DNA of 31,356 nucleotides from Candidatus Micrarchaeota archaeon (GCA_013331805.1 DUFS01000064.1:1-31356); one strand, 5' to 3'; positions 1 through 9,172 are shown, counted from the stretch's first letter. Notes: generated by a model not told the origin, from the sequence alone. Numbers and translations are program-made.

Positions 1-35
1 CGCGCCAGTGAGCGCGAATTAGTCCAAATCTAAAG

Positions 36-1436
36 TCACTGCTCAGGGGCTTTCTGTTCACCGTCAAATAGGCCGGGAACGCCTTTTTTGAACCTGGAAA
101 GGTATTCTGGGATTGCCCCGTACACATTCTTTATTCTCTCGCGCAGATCATCCCGGATTTTTATGAAAACATCGTCATCAGAAAAAAATGCCGCCATGAA
201 TGTATTTTTTGATAAATCAACTGCATTCATGATCTGTTGCCTCTTCCTGGCATTCTCGATGGATCTTGCAGCATCGTAATACATATCCTCTGCATTATTG
301 GCATCCTTGAGAAAAATCTCAGGAATCAAAGACCTGAGGGCTGCCCTCACCCCCTCGGGGTCAAATCCAGCCTCATGTGAAATTTTTGAATAGGCAAACC
401 CGAAGAACTCCTCGCGCAGCATTACTTTCATATTTTCAATGTTTTCGTCCCTGCCGGCGGATGCAATCGTTGCGTGTGCAATCTCAATCCCTTTCATCAG
501 CTCCCCGCTTCCAAGCTCGTGCATAATTTCCCGGTAAAGAAGCACCCTTTCCAGGCTTTCCACAAGCGCATGCTTGCCCATCTTTACTGAAGACTCCACT
601 CCCTCCCCGATCCTTTCCCTTACTTCGGCAATGTCGGTCGATCTTGCGCATAGCTGGTGGATCTCATCGATTTTTTTCTCATGGGCAGTATGCATGAGCG
701 AAGGCATGTGCTTTTTTATCTCCTTTTCGAATTGTTCGTCGCTCAAGCCAAGCTTTTTGCCTTCTTCTGAATTTGCGAACCTGTAGAGCGTGGCTTCGGT
801 CCAATCCAGGGCCCTGTTATATGCCTCACTATTGAATTTTCCGGGCGCAACAAGGCATTTCTCAGCCAACCGCGCCATTTCTTCCGCGTGCCGAAGCGCA
901 GCCAGAAGGCCTTTTTCCCCGTAAAGCTCCTCGAGGATTTGCCTGCGCAGGCTGACCAACTGTATTTCCTTTTCAAATTGCGATGATTCGATTTTTTGCG
1001 CAAGCGATTTTTGCCTGTCCGAATTTCCATTCTGTTTGAGCATGCTGTAGCACTCTGAAATTGCATGCAAATTGTCGGGGTGGTGGACTGCCCTGTCCAA
1101 TACCAAGTCGGGCCGGGCCATTTCATTTTCCAATAAGCCCATTGCAGTCCTGATTAAGCGCTCTTTGTGGTCCAAAAGCCTCTGGCGCTTTTTTTCTGTC
1201 AGCGCCTCGTCCACTTTCTTTGCAGCCTCAATCAGGCACATGGCTGATTTGTAAGAATGGCCACCGTCCAGCCATTTGCGGGCTTCCTGCTCCAGCTGCT
1301 TTATCTGGCCAAGAGCCGGTGTCCTTCTGAAGCTTATTTTTTCAAACATCCTTATGAATGGGTTCCGGAACAGGCGCTTTTTAGCGACATGGCCATTGCT
1401 GGCCAAATCGGAAAATTCCTTTTTCATCTGTTTCAT
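36..1436 (-). CDS. Hypothetical all-helical protein (466 aa)
   Basis: Long ORF with SD-like AGGTGA just upstream of the ATG and an AT-rich TATA-like box near 1476-1482; no family recognised. Confidence 0.75.
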   Translation of the reverse strand: MKQMKKEFSDLASNGHVAKKRLFRNPFIRMFEKISFRRTPALGQIKQLEQEARKWLDGGHSYKSAMCLIEAAKKVDEALTEKKRQRLLDHKERLIRTAMGLLENEMARPDLVLDRAVHHPDNLHAISECYSMLKQNGNSDRQKSLAQKIESSQFEKEIQLVSLRRQILEELYGEKGLLAALRHAEEMARLAEKCLVAPGKFNSEAYNRALDWTEATLYRFANSEEGKKLGLSDEQFEKEIKKHMPSLMHTAHEKKIDEIHQLCARSTDIAEVRERIGEGVESSVKMGKHALVESLERVLLYREIMHELGSGELMKGIEIAHATIASAGRDENIENMKVMLREEFFGFAYSKISHEAGFDPEGVRAALRSLIPEIFLKDANNAEDMYYDAARSIENARKRQQIMNAVDLSKNTFMAAFFSDDDVFIKIRDDLRERIKNVYGAIPEYLSRFKKGVPGLFDGEQKAPEQ

Positions 1437-1551
1437 GCCATCACCTTTATTCTGTTATTTTCTGTGGTAATGCGTTTAAAAAGGTAGGCACCTAAAAGTT
1501 GGTGCAAGACTCGCTTATCGCATCAGAGAAGGCGTCGGGGGCGGTCAGTCC

Positions 1552-1566
1552 GAAATAGTTAAAAAC
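1552..1566 (+). promoter_or_regulatory. Probable BRE/TATA promoter of the 5S rRNA gene
   Basis: GAAATAGTTAAAAAC, with the TTAAAAA box about 27 nt upstream of the predicted 5S 5' end. Confidence 0.55.
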
Positions 1567-1586
1567 AGAATGCCTCATATCCTGCC

Positions 1587-1702
1587 TGTCAGCGGTCATA
1601 GGCGAGGGGAAACACCCGAACCCATTCCGAACTCGGAAGTTAAGCTCTCGCACGACGTTGTTTGTACTGCGCTCTGCGCGGGAAGGCGCGTTGCTGCTGA
1701 CA
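1587..1702 (+). rRNA. rrf: 5S ribosomal RNA
   Basis: Conserved core GGTCATAG...GAAACACCCGAACCCATTCCGAACTCGGAAGTTAAG...GTACT...GGGAA; terminal helix TGTCAGCGGT/GCTGCTGACA. Confidence 0.95.
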
Positions 1703-1748
1703 CAATTGATGCTCCTGAGCGCAAGCCATGCGGGAAACACAGCAAGCG

Positions 1749-2427
1749 CTATATGCAGTAGACCGGGGCTGCGGTCCCATGGCAGATTCCAACGCATTTT
1801 ATCTTCAGAGGCTTCTCCCCAATCTGCCTCTTTACTATCGGCAGGTTGTCAGCGTATTGTATAAACTCGAACCCGAAGTCATTGATGGTGACCTCCCCCT
1901 TGCCGTCCGGACCGCAGATGCCGTCAGCGCCGTTCAGGACTCCTTCCCAGGTGCTGGCGTTCTTGAGCCTGAACAGCACATGCCTGGCTTTGCACGCCTG
2001 GCCAGGAAGCCAATACTCACCGAAGCACGTTTCCTTCCCAGGATAGATATAGGTGGAAGTCATGTTGTCTACAGTGGCCCCCTCTTTCCAGTAAGTGGAG
2101 ATCTCCGCTCCTCCCCCAAACATCTTGGTCAGGCGCAGTGGGTAGCTTCCGCTGTTTCTTATGCGGAAGTAGAATATCTCATAGGGATCTGGATCCGATC
2201 CGATGACGTAAAAGTATGCTCCCGAATCCTCGCCTATAGAAAGCGGCTCAGTGCCCTTCCAGTATGCCTGGCTCTGGGTGAGGCTGACGTCTCCACTTGC
2301 CCCGAAGGAAAAGCCCAGGAGCGCTATAGAAACAAGCGCTATTATGAGAACCACTGCAAGAATGACAAGGTATTATGACAAGGTATTCGGTCGCACCCTG
2401 GGCGCGAAGAAGGGCGCAAAAACGCAT
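1749..2427 (-). pseudogene. Class III signal peptide (type IV pilin-like) surface protein, frameshifted by a 13-bp tandem duplication
   Basis: Removing one repeat copy gives 666 nt, a 221-aa ORF starting MRFCALLRAQGATEYLVILAVVLIIALVSIALLGFSFGASGDVSLTQSQAYW; as sequenced it is split over two frames. Confidence 0.85.
2362..2387. repeat. Perfect 13-bp tandem duplication ATGACAAGGTATT x2
   Basis: Copies at 2362-2374 and 2375-2387. Confidence 0.97.
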
Positions 2428-2479
2428 GCAGAGATTGCAGCGCCACACTTTATAAATTTCACAAGAAAACAGACCCAGC

Positions 2480-4054
2480 ATGCCAAAAGCCGAAGTTGCC
2501 GGCGAAGGAAAGCTCGCCCCCAAGGACTCTGTCTGGAAGTACAAGCAGTATGTCTGCAAAGCCAAGTGCTTTGACATCACCGCAGGCGGCAAGATAATCG
2601 TGCTCAACGAGACAGAGGCGCACGAGAACGACCTTTACACTTCGCATCGGGTCATCCTTCGGTCGCAAAAAGCCCAGACGGTTGCAATAATCGACGTTTC
2701 AAGCGACCTGGTGGGCAGGGGCGAAGTGGTCCTTTTTTCCGAAGTTGCATCCGAGCTTGGCGCAATGGACGGCAATGAAATAGAGATAATGCACATGCAG
2801 CGGCCGGCTTCGATCGAGTTCATAAAGAAAAAGATGGACGGAAGGACGCTTGCCAAGCGCGAGATCGACACCGTCATGCGCGAGCTCATGGAAAACCGGC
2901 TTTCCGAAGCCGAGCTCGCCTCTTTCATCACCTCCATATACATACGCGGCATGAGCGAGGACGAAATAGTTGGGCTGACCGAAAGCGTGGTGGGCACAGG
3001 GCAGACGCTCCAGCTCGGCAGGCGCCCGGTATGCGACAAGCACTGCATAGGCGGGGTTGCCGGAAACCGGACCACCATGGTGCTGGTTCCCATTATAGCA
3101 GCTGCAGGGCTTTACATCCCGAAAACCTCGAGCCGTTCCATCACTTCTGCTGCAGGGACCGCTGACACAATGGAAGTGCTGGCGAACGTTTCATTGGAGA
3201 TCGACGAAATGCGCTCGATTGTGCAGAAAAGCCACGGCTGCATAGTCTGGGGAGGGGCGCTCAAGCTCGCATCCGCGGACGACAAGCTCATAAAGATAAG
3301 AAATCCGCTTTCGCTTGACCCCAAGGGCGTTCTTCTTGCCTCAATTCTTGCGAAAAAGAAAAGCGTGGGCGCTGACAATGTCATAATAGACATCCCGATA
3401 GGAAGGGGCGCGAAAATCGCAGACCAGAAGGAGGCAAATGAGCTTGCGCACGATTTCATTTCAATCGGAAAGCGCCTGGACATGAAAATAGAGGTGCTGG
3501 TGACCGACGGCTCTGAGCCGGTTGGCAGGGGGATCGGGCCCGCACTCGAGTGCCGCGACGTGCTGTCCGTGCTGTCTTTCGAGGGGCCGCCCGACCTGTT
3601 TGACAAGTCCTGCCAGCTGGCAGGGGCGCTGATCGAGCTTTCCGGAAAGGCGAAAAAGGGGTCCGGTTACGCAGTTGCACAAAGGCTGGTAACCTCTGGC
3701 AAGGCATTGGCGAAATTCCAGGAGATAGTCGAGCTTCAGGGCGGGCAAAAAAACGCAAACGTGGACGACATCCCGGTCGCCTCCTACAAGCACACGGTCT
3801 ATGCAAAGGAGAACGGCAGGATCTTCCACATAGACAACAAGATGATCTCCAAAGTCGCCCGCGCGGCAGGCGCGCCGAACGACAAGGCTGCCGGGCTGCT
3901 GCTGCTTTGCGAGCGGGGCGACAAGGTGAACAAGGGAGACCCGCTGTTCGAAATGCACTCCGACTCCGAGGCAAAGCTGGACTTTGCCATCAAGGCGCTT
4001 GAGGGCTGGGAGCCTGTGGAGCTTCGCAGGGTGGTGCTAAGCTCGATCGACTAG
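2480..4054 (+). CDS. deoA: AMP phosphorylase (thymidine phosphorylase family)
   Basis: DKHCIGGVAGNRTT and PKTSSRSITSAAGTADTMEVLA motifs, with the archaeal N-terminal extra domain; 524 aa. Confidence 0.93.
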   Translation: MPKAEVAGEGKLAPKDSVWKYKQYVCKAKCFDITAGGKIIVLNETEAHENDLYTSHRVILRSQKAQTVAIIDVSSDLVGRGEVVLFSEVASELGAMDGNEIEIMHMQRPASIEFIKKKMDGRTLAKREIDTVMRELMENRLSEAELASFITSIYIRGMSEDEIVGLTESVVGTGQTLQLGRRPVCDKHCIGGVAGNRTTMVLVPIIAAAGLYIPKTSSRSITSAAGTADTMEVLANVSLEIDEMRSIVQKSHGCIVWGGALKLASADDKLIKIRNPLSLDPKGVLLASILAKKKSVGADNVIIDIPIGRGAKIADQKEANELAHDFISIGKRLDMKIEVLVTDGSEPVGRGIGPALECRDVLSVLSFEGPPDLFDKSCQLAGALIELSGKAKKGSGYAVAQRLVTSGKALAKFQEIVELQGGQKNANVDDIPVASYKHTVYAKENGRIFHIDNKMISKVARAAGAPNDKAAGLLLLCERGDKVNKGDPLFEMHSDSEAKLDFAIKALEGWEPVELRRVVLSSID

Positions 4055-4056
4055 CC

Positions 4057-4224
4057 AGTACTTCCGAAAGTGGTTTCAGACGATAAAATTCACGACGGAG
4101 CAGCAAGCAGCCCTTTCTAATCAAAATACATAAACAAAAGTTTATGCTTGGGCAATAACCGCTGGCTTTCGAGAGCAAAAATAAGCCCTCTGGCTCGTTG
4201 TCGCAAAAGATGTTCGGAAGTGCT
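4057..4224. repeat. Intergenic segment bounded by a 12-bp imperfect inverted repeat, with internal hairpins (MITE-like or structured RNA)
   Basis: AGTACTTCCGAA (4057-4068) and TTCGGAAGTGCT (4213-4224), 11/12 complementary; central hairpin CATAAAC-AAAA-GTTTATG (4129-4146). Confidence 0.45.
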
Positions 4225-4323
4225 TACCGCCAGTCCGCTCCCATTTTAAATTTTCCCCAGCATATTCGTCGTGGAACAAAAAATCCTTAGCATGCGCGAG
4301 GAAGAAAGAATGTTGGTTTTTTC

Positions 4324-5427
4324 ATGAGCCTGGACAACATCGAAAAGCAGATACCAGAAGGCATCACGGTTTCCGAGGAGGACGCGGAGCTTCTCAAGTT
4401 CATAGAGCAGTCCAAGCCCAAAATCTACGTCGTGGGCGCAGGCGGCTCGGGCTGCAACACCATGGCCAGGATGCACGAGGTCAGAATCGAGGGGGTCAAG
4501 CTGATCGCAATGAACACGGACGTGCAGCACCTGGTCAAGATGCGCGCGGACAAAAAAATACTGCTCGGCAAGAAGACCACGAGGGGCATGGGGGCGGGAA
4601 GCAACCCGTCCGTGGGCGAGGCGGCTGCAAAGGAGACAGTGGAGGAGATAAAGGCCTCGATTGCCGATGCCATGATGGTTTTCATCACCTGCGGCATGGG
4701 AGGGGGCACCGGCACAGGAAGCGCCCACATAATAGCAGAGCAGGCAAAGTCAATAGGCGCGCTCACAATTGCAGTGGTCACGCTGCCCTTCACTTCCGAG
4801 GGGAAAATCAGGATGCAAAACGCCATCGAAGGCTTGGACAAGCTCCGCAAGCACGCGGACACAGTCATAGTCATTCCTAACGACAAGCTTCTTTCCATTG
4901 TGCCCGACCTTCCGCTCAACACCGCATTCAAGGTTTCTGACGAGGTACTGGCAGGCGCGGTCAAGGGGATTGCCGAGCTGGTCACCAAGGCGGGATTGGT
5001 CAACCTTGACTTTGCCGACCTGCGGACAATACTCACCAGCGCGGGCTGCGCGGTCGTGGGAATTGGCGAGGCATCCGTGGAGGCAAAGCCAGACCAGCGC
5101 GCGCTCATTGCAGTCGATACAGCGATGAACTCCCCGCTTCTGGACGTGGACATCTCCACCGCGAACCGCGCGCTCATAAACGTCATAGGCGGGGAAGACA
5201 TGACCCTCAAGGAGGCGGAGCTCATTGTCTCCGAAGTTTCCAAAAGGATAGACCCCTCCTCGCACATAATCTGGGGGGCAAGGATTGAGAAGGCGGCGAA
5301 GAAAAGCTCCATCCGCGTGCTTTCGGTCCTGGCAGGCGCGAAATTCCCGCAATACGAGCTTAAGAATTTCTCTCAGGTTGCGGCCAGGCTGCAGGATGCT
5401 GAGCTGGACCTGGACCTTTTAGGGTGA
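4324..5427 (+). CDS. ftsZ: Cell division protein FtsZ
   Basis: VVGAGGSGCN, tubulin signature GMGGGTGTG, T7 loop VNLDFADL. Confidence 0.98.
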   Translation: MSLDNIEKQIPEGITVSEEDAELLKFIEQSKPKIYVVGAGGSGCNTMARMHEVRIEGVKLIAMNTDVQHLVKMRADKKILLGKKTTRGMGAGSNPSVGEAAAKETVEEIKASIADAMMVFITCGMGGGTGTGSAHIIAEQAKSIGALTIAVVTLPFTSEGKIRMQNAIEGLDKLRKHADTVIVIPNDKLLSIVPDLPLNTAFKVSDEVLAGAVKGIAELVTKAGLVNLDFADLRTILTSAGCAVVGIGEASVEAKPDQRALIAVDTAMNSPLLDVDISTANRALINVIGGEDMTLKEAELIVSEVSKRIDPSSHIIWGARIEKAAKKSSIRVLSVLAGAKFPQYELKNFSQVAARLQDAELDLDLLG

Positions 5428-5431
5428 AATC

Positions 5432-5596
5432 ATGTTCAACATAGTAAACTACCTTCGCGAATGCAGGCGAGTGCTGTATGTGGCATCCAGGCCCAAGAGG
5501 CGCGATTTCGAGCAGATAGTCAAGATCACCGGCCTTGGGACAATCCTCATCGGGGTCATCGGAGTGCTGCTCTCCTTCCTCCTGAACATCGTATGA
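5432..5596 (+). CDS. secE: Protein translocase subunit SecE / Sec61-gamma (54 aa; not in the ORF track)
   Basis: Translated by hand: MFNIVNYLRECRRVLYVASRPKRRDFEQIVKITGLGTILIGVIGVLLSFLLNIV; canonical position between ftsZ and spt5. Confidence 0.93.
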   Translation: MFNIVNYLRECRRVLYVASRPKRRDFEQIVKITGLGTILIGVIGVLLSFLLNIV

Positions 5597-5618
5597 GTTA
5601 TTGGAAAAAGGTGTGAAA

Positions 5619-6071
5619 ATGATTTACGTATACCGCGTGACAGCCGGCCAGGAAAAAGTCGTGCTGGACATGCTTATGAAGAAAATCAAGAAGGAGACCC
5701 TCAAGGTCTACTCCATTGCGCATTTCGAGGACCTGAAAGGCTACCTGATCGTGGAAGGCGAGGACGAGGTGTCGGTCAGGCAGGCAGGCCTGAGGATCCC
5801 GCACATAAAAGGGGTGCTGGACAGGCCCATGGCAATCAAGGACATCGAGGGCATGATAGAGGCCGCGAAGCCCGCGGTGCTTTCGGTGAACAAGGGCGAC
5901 TTGGTGGAGCTTATTTCCGGCCCTTTCAAGGGGGAAAAGGCGCGCGTCATAAAAATCGACACCAACAAGGACGAAGTGACGGTGGAGCTTTCCGAGGTGG
6001 CAGTGCCCATCCCGGTGACCATCAAGGCAAACACGATCAAGGTGTTCCAGAAGGCATCCGAGCAAAATTAG
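5619..6071 (+). CDS. spt5: Transcription elongation factor Spt5 (NusG)
   Basis: NGN domain (YRVTAGQE...KGYLIVE) plus KOW (GDLVELISGPFKGEKARV); SD AGGTG before the ATG at 5619. Confidence 0.96.
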   Translation: MIYVYRVTAGQEKVVLDMLMKKIKKETLKVYSIAHFEDLKGYLIVEGEDEVSVRQAGLRIPHIKGVLDRPMAIKDIEGMIEAAKPAVLSVNKGDLVELISGPFKGEKARVIKIDTNKDEVTVELSEVAVPIPVTIKANTIKVFQKASEQN

Positions 6072-6081
6072 CCTGTGTTCC

Positions 6082-7704
6082 CTACTTCTTCCTCTTTCTT
6101 ATCACGAAGAAATAAAGAAGGGCAATTGCCAACAGCAGGATAATTGCAGCTGCGGCAAAAAGCGCCTCCCCGCCGCCCCTTCCGTTTACTGTGAATGAAA
6201 CCGGGTCGTAGCCAGGCTTGTGAATTGAAACAGGCACAATGCCGCTTTTTCCTAGCGTGACTTCAAGCGGGCTGTCAGAAGTCCTGTTCACCCCTTCTAT
6301 GCTGAAAGTCACCCTGCGAAGCTCCTTTCCCTCATTGTCCCTTGCCGAAATATTGAACGCCTTTTTCGGGTCCACTTCGGATGGGGAGGAAATATACATC
6401 TTTTTCAGCTGCGCAGTGTCGGACTTGATGAGGAGCAGGAAGGAATATTCGCCTTCCTCGAGGTTGCCCGCGTTGTCCCTGGTGCGGCACTCCACGGTCA
6501 CAGCGCCGGAATCAAACGGGCTGAAATCCACGTCCGCATTCCAGTTTTCAGTGCCCTGCGCCAATATCCAGTCCCCCTTGTTTGCCCGGACTTCCACCCT
6601 TGAAATCCCGGTGTCAGCGCTCGACTTTCCCTCGATTTCGGATGGGAAGTTGCCAACTGTTTCAAGAGGCGAAGGCTTGGTGAAGCTGCAGATGGGCGAG
6701 GGCACAAGGGAATATATCCTGCCGGTCGAGGTGCCGAATATGAACGCATTCCCGCTCCTAGTTGTCGAAGTCGGCTTTCCGTATGAGGAGAACGCCCAGC
6801 GCTCGTTGCCGGTTTGCGAATCCAGCCCGTAAACCTTGCCTTCATTCGTTCCGAAGACCACCACCTGCCTGCCGGCATTTTCATATATCTCGGGCTTGGT
6901 CCAAGCGCCTTCTGAGGTGAAATGCCTGAAGCGCAAGGTGCCAGATGGCGAAACAGAATAGAAATACCCGTCATTCGAGCCGAAGTATATGGCATCGGAA
7001 GTCACAAGCGGGGTGGACATGACCCATCCCCTGGTGGGATAAGCCCAGCGCACCCTCCCGAATGCCGCGTCAATCGAATAAAGCTTTCCGTCAATCGCCC
7101 CGAAGTAGACAGCGCCAAGATGCCTCACCGGCCGCGAGAGGAAGGAATCGTCAGCATCAGCTGCCCACTCAACCGAGCCGTTTGCCGCGTCAAGTGCGTT
7201 CAGCTTTGAGCCAGAAGTGAAGAAAATTTCGCCTTCTGCATAGCCTATTTGCCCGATTGGGGGGAAGAAGGGCGAGTTCCAAAGCAGAGTGCCGTTGAGG
7301 CTGTATGCGCTCACGTTGCCCTCTGTCGCCAGGTACACCCTCTCCCCGCCTGCGGCAAGCGAAAGCGGCGGCTTGCCGAGGCCTGATTCGAAAAGCACGT
7401 TTCCGTCCGAAACCGAAAGGATCGAAAGCTTCCCTTCCGAATTCGCAACTGCCAGTATGCCAATGCTTGCAAGCACTGGCTCCAGGATGATTTTTCCCCC
7501 GGAATCGTACGTCCAGGTGGTGCTGCCGTTCGTGGTATTTACTGCATACACCTTGCCGTTGTATGAGGCAAAAATCGCCTTGCCCTCGGTCAGCACGCCC
7601 TTGCCTGAAATCGCATCCGCGGTTGACAGGCTCCACTTCACTGTGGCAAAGGAGAACGGGCACAGGAACAATGAGAACAGAACTAGGAGTATGGGCAGCC
7701 TCAT
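6082..7704 (-). CDS. Secreted PQQ-like (BamB-type) beta-propeller repeat protein with Ig-like domains and a C-terminal membrane anchor
   Basis: Signal peptide; repeated GKVYA.D..TG...W units; beta-rich C-terminal domains; terminal TM helix followed by RKRKK. Confidence 0.85.
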   Translation of the reverse strand: MRLPILLVLFSLFLCPFSFATVKWSLSTADAISGKGVLTEGKAIFASYNGKVYAVNTTNGSTTWTYDSGGKIILEPVLASIGILAVANSEGKLSILSVSDGNVLFESGLGKPPLSLAAGGERVYLATEGNVSAYSLNGTLLWNSPFFPPIGQIGYAEGEIFFTSGSKLNALDAANGSVEWAADADDSFLSRPVRHLGAVYFGAIDGKLYSIDAAFGRVRWAYPTRGWVMSTPLVTSDAIYFGSNDGYFYSVSPSGTLRFRHFTSEGAWTKPEIYENAGRQVVVFGTNEGKVYGLDSQTGNERWAFSSYGKPTSTTRSGNAFIFGTSTGRIYSLVPSPICSFTKPSPLETVGNFPSEIEGKSSADTGISRVEVRANKGDWILAQGTENWNADVDFSPFDSGAVTVECRTRDNAGNLEEGEYSFLLLIKSDTAQLKKMYISSPSEVDPKKAFNISARDNEGKELRRVTFSIEGVNRTSDSPLEVTLGKSGIVPVSIHKPGYDPVSFTVNGRGGGEALFAAAAIILLLAIALLYFFVIRKRKK

Positions 7705-7770
7705 TTCACGACCGTTCCCTCATTCGGAAAAAGGATATATAAAGTTGCCCCAGGCTTTGGAGCTGAGCGT

Positions 7771-8457
7771 CTATTCGGAAATATTAAGATAAACCCCGAC
7801 CATCCAGAAAAGCCGCTTGTGCTCGTTTAGGAATATCGCAGCTTTGGAATCCGATTTTTCCAGCCTGCGGTAGTATTTCGCCAAATCATGGAGGTTTCCC
7901 TTCTCAGCCAGAATGCGCATTTCGGTCAGCATAAGAACCTCGGTGGCAATGGTGCGCACCATTCCGACTTCCCCGAACAACAACCCATCCCAGTTCTCGT
8001 CTTTTGCCTGCTTGAAAATATCCCCCGACAGGTGTTGGAGCAGCTTGGCAGTCCCAAAATCCATCTCCTTGCCTTCCATGCCCTCAACCAATCCAATCAT
8101 GGTGACTGCCAGGGGAAGGGTCCCGCCCTCCACGTCAGTTACCTTGAGTTTATACAAAAGCCCTGCGATTTTCATATCCTTCAGCCACTTCTCCCATGTC
8201 CTTATTGCCACGATCCAGTCGTGATTCCTTGAAAGGTCATGCAAGGCAGTTGCCAGCGCTTTCCGGCTGCATTTCTCCCGCTCGTTGAGCCTGTCCTTTA
8301 TTTTTTCAGCAAGAGATTTCTTCGCAATCGTATCAAGCCGCTCCTCCAAGATTTTTTCCTTGCTAAAGTATCGCTGCCTTTTCGGAAACGGGTTAATCTG
8401 CTGTGTTTTTGGAAACAAGTCAATCTGATTGTTCGAGATTGCAACTCTCCTGTACAT
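7771..8457 (-). CDS. Hypothetical protein (about 228 aa)
   Basis: ATG at 8457 with AAGGA SD and TTTAAATA upstream; the longer track ORF overlaps rpl11 and is unlikely. Confidence 0.7.
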   Translation of the reverse strand: MYRRVAISNNQIDLFPKTQQINPFPKRQRYFSKEKILEERLDTIAKKSLAEKIKDRLNEREKCSRKALATALHDLSRNHDWIVAIRTWEKWLKDMKIAGLLYKLKVTDVEGGTLPLAVTMIGLVEGMEGKEMDFGTAKLLQHLSGDIFKQAKDENWDGLLFGEVGMVRTIATEVLMLTEMRILAEKGNLHDLAKYYRRLEKSDSKAAIFLNEHKRLFWMVGVYLNISE

Positions 8458-8506
8458 GCTTTCCTTATTGGGAAGGGAGTATTTAAATCTTGTGGTAAAA
8501 AGTAGA

Positions 8507-8995
8507 TCAGCCTGCAAGCTGCGAGTCCCGTTTTCCCTCCTTGACCTCTGCGATGATTTTCCTTGCGTCCTGCCCCTCAACCGTAATGCCAAGGGATACG
8601 CAGGTGCCCAGCACTTCATTCACGCCATTCTTCAGGTTGCGCACAAGCGAGCTTCCTGACTTCATCTTGGCCACCTTCACCACCTGCTCCATGGTAAGAT
8701 TGCCCACCACTTTCGGGTCCTCGGGACCGCCCTTTCTTCCCTTCTCAGCCCCGATTTCCTTCTTGAGAAGCTCGCCAGTGGACGGGCTGCCCACCTCGAT
8801 TTCGAATTTTTTCGTTGCCTTGTCCACAACCACTTTCACAGGCACCTTGAGGCCTGCAAAAGCGCCTGTCTGCTTGTTTATCTCGTCAATTATGCCCCCC
8901 ATGTTCACTCCAAGGGGCCCGAGCGCGGGCCCCAGCGGCGGGCCTGCATTTGCACGGCCTCCCTCGACTATGGCCGGTATTGTGATTTTTGACAT
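8507..8995 (-). CDS. rpl11: 50S ribosomal protein L11 (uL11)
   Basis: GGRANAGPPLGPALGPLGVN and EVLGTCVSLGITVEG motifs. Confidence 0.97.
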   Translation of the reverse strand: MSKITIPAIVEGGRANAGPPLGPALGPLGVNMGGIIDEINKQTGAFAGLKVPVKVVVDKATKKFEIEVGSPSTGELLKKEIGAEKGRKGGPEDPKVVGNLTMEQVVKVAKMKSGSSLVRNLKNGVNEVLGTCVSLGITVEGQDARKIIAEVKEGKRDSQLAG

Positions 8996-9022
8996 GGTAT
9001 CATCCTCGTTAACCTAAAGTTC

Positions 9023-9076
9023 CAGCAGTCTCGCTACTGCTCGACTGCTGTCTGGCAAACCATCTCTGGTTTGCCA
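9023..9076 (-). promoter_or_regulatory. Tandem hairpins in the predicted rpl11 5' leader
   Basis: 10-bp perfect stem TGGCAAACCA-GAGA-TGGTTTGCCA (9053-9076) and 8-bp stem CAGCAGTC/GACTGCTG (9023-9050). Confidence 0.55.
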
Positions 9077-9142
9077 TGGCTTGCCGATATGAGGGCACGG
9101 GAATTTAAGGCTTGCGGGCAGGGGATGGCGCTCCTGCTTGGG

Positions 9143-9171
9143 AAAAGGAAAAATAAAAAAGAAGAAAAAAA
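9143..9171 (-). terminator. Oligo-T terminator of the lipoprotein gene
   Basis: T-rich run on the minus strand immediately after the stop codon at 9173. Confidence 0.55.
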
Positions 9172-9172
9172 T

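Noticed and set aside
1492..1864. Short ORFs overlapping 1587-1702
   Set aside because: They overlap the 5S rRNA gene and have no protein-like features
1728..2378. 216-aa plus-strand ORF
   Set aside because: Antisense shadow of the pilin-like gene
4057..4224. SRP RNA, RNase P RNA or tRNA identity for the structured intergenic segment
   Set aside because: No SRP helix-8 motif, no RNase P conserved regions and no cloverleaf on either strand
4425..5312. Long antisense ORFs over ftsZ (similarly over deoA, mvaA, glmM)
   Set aside because: Shadow frames of well-conserved genes
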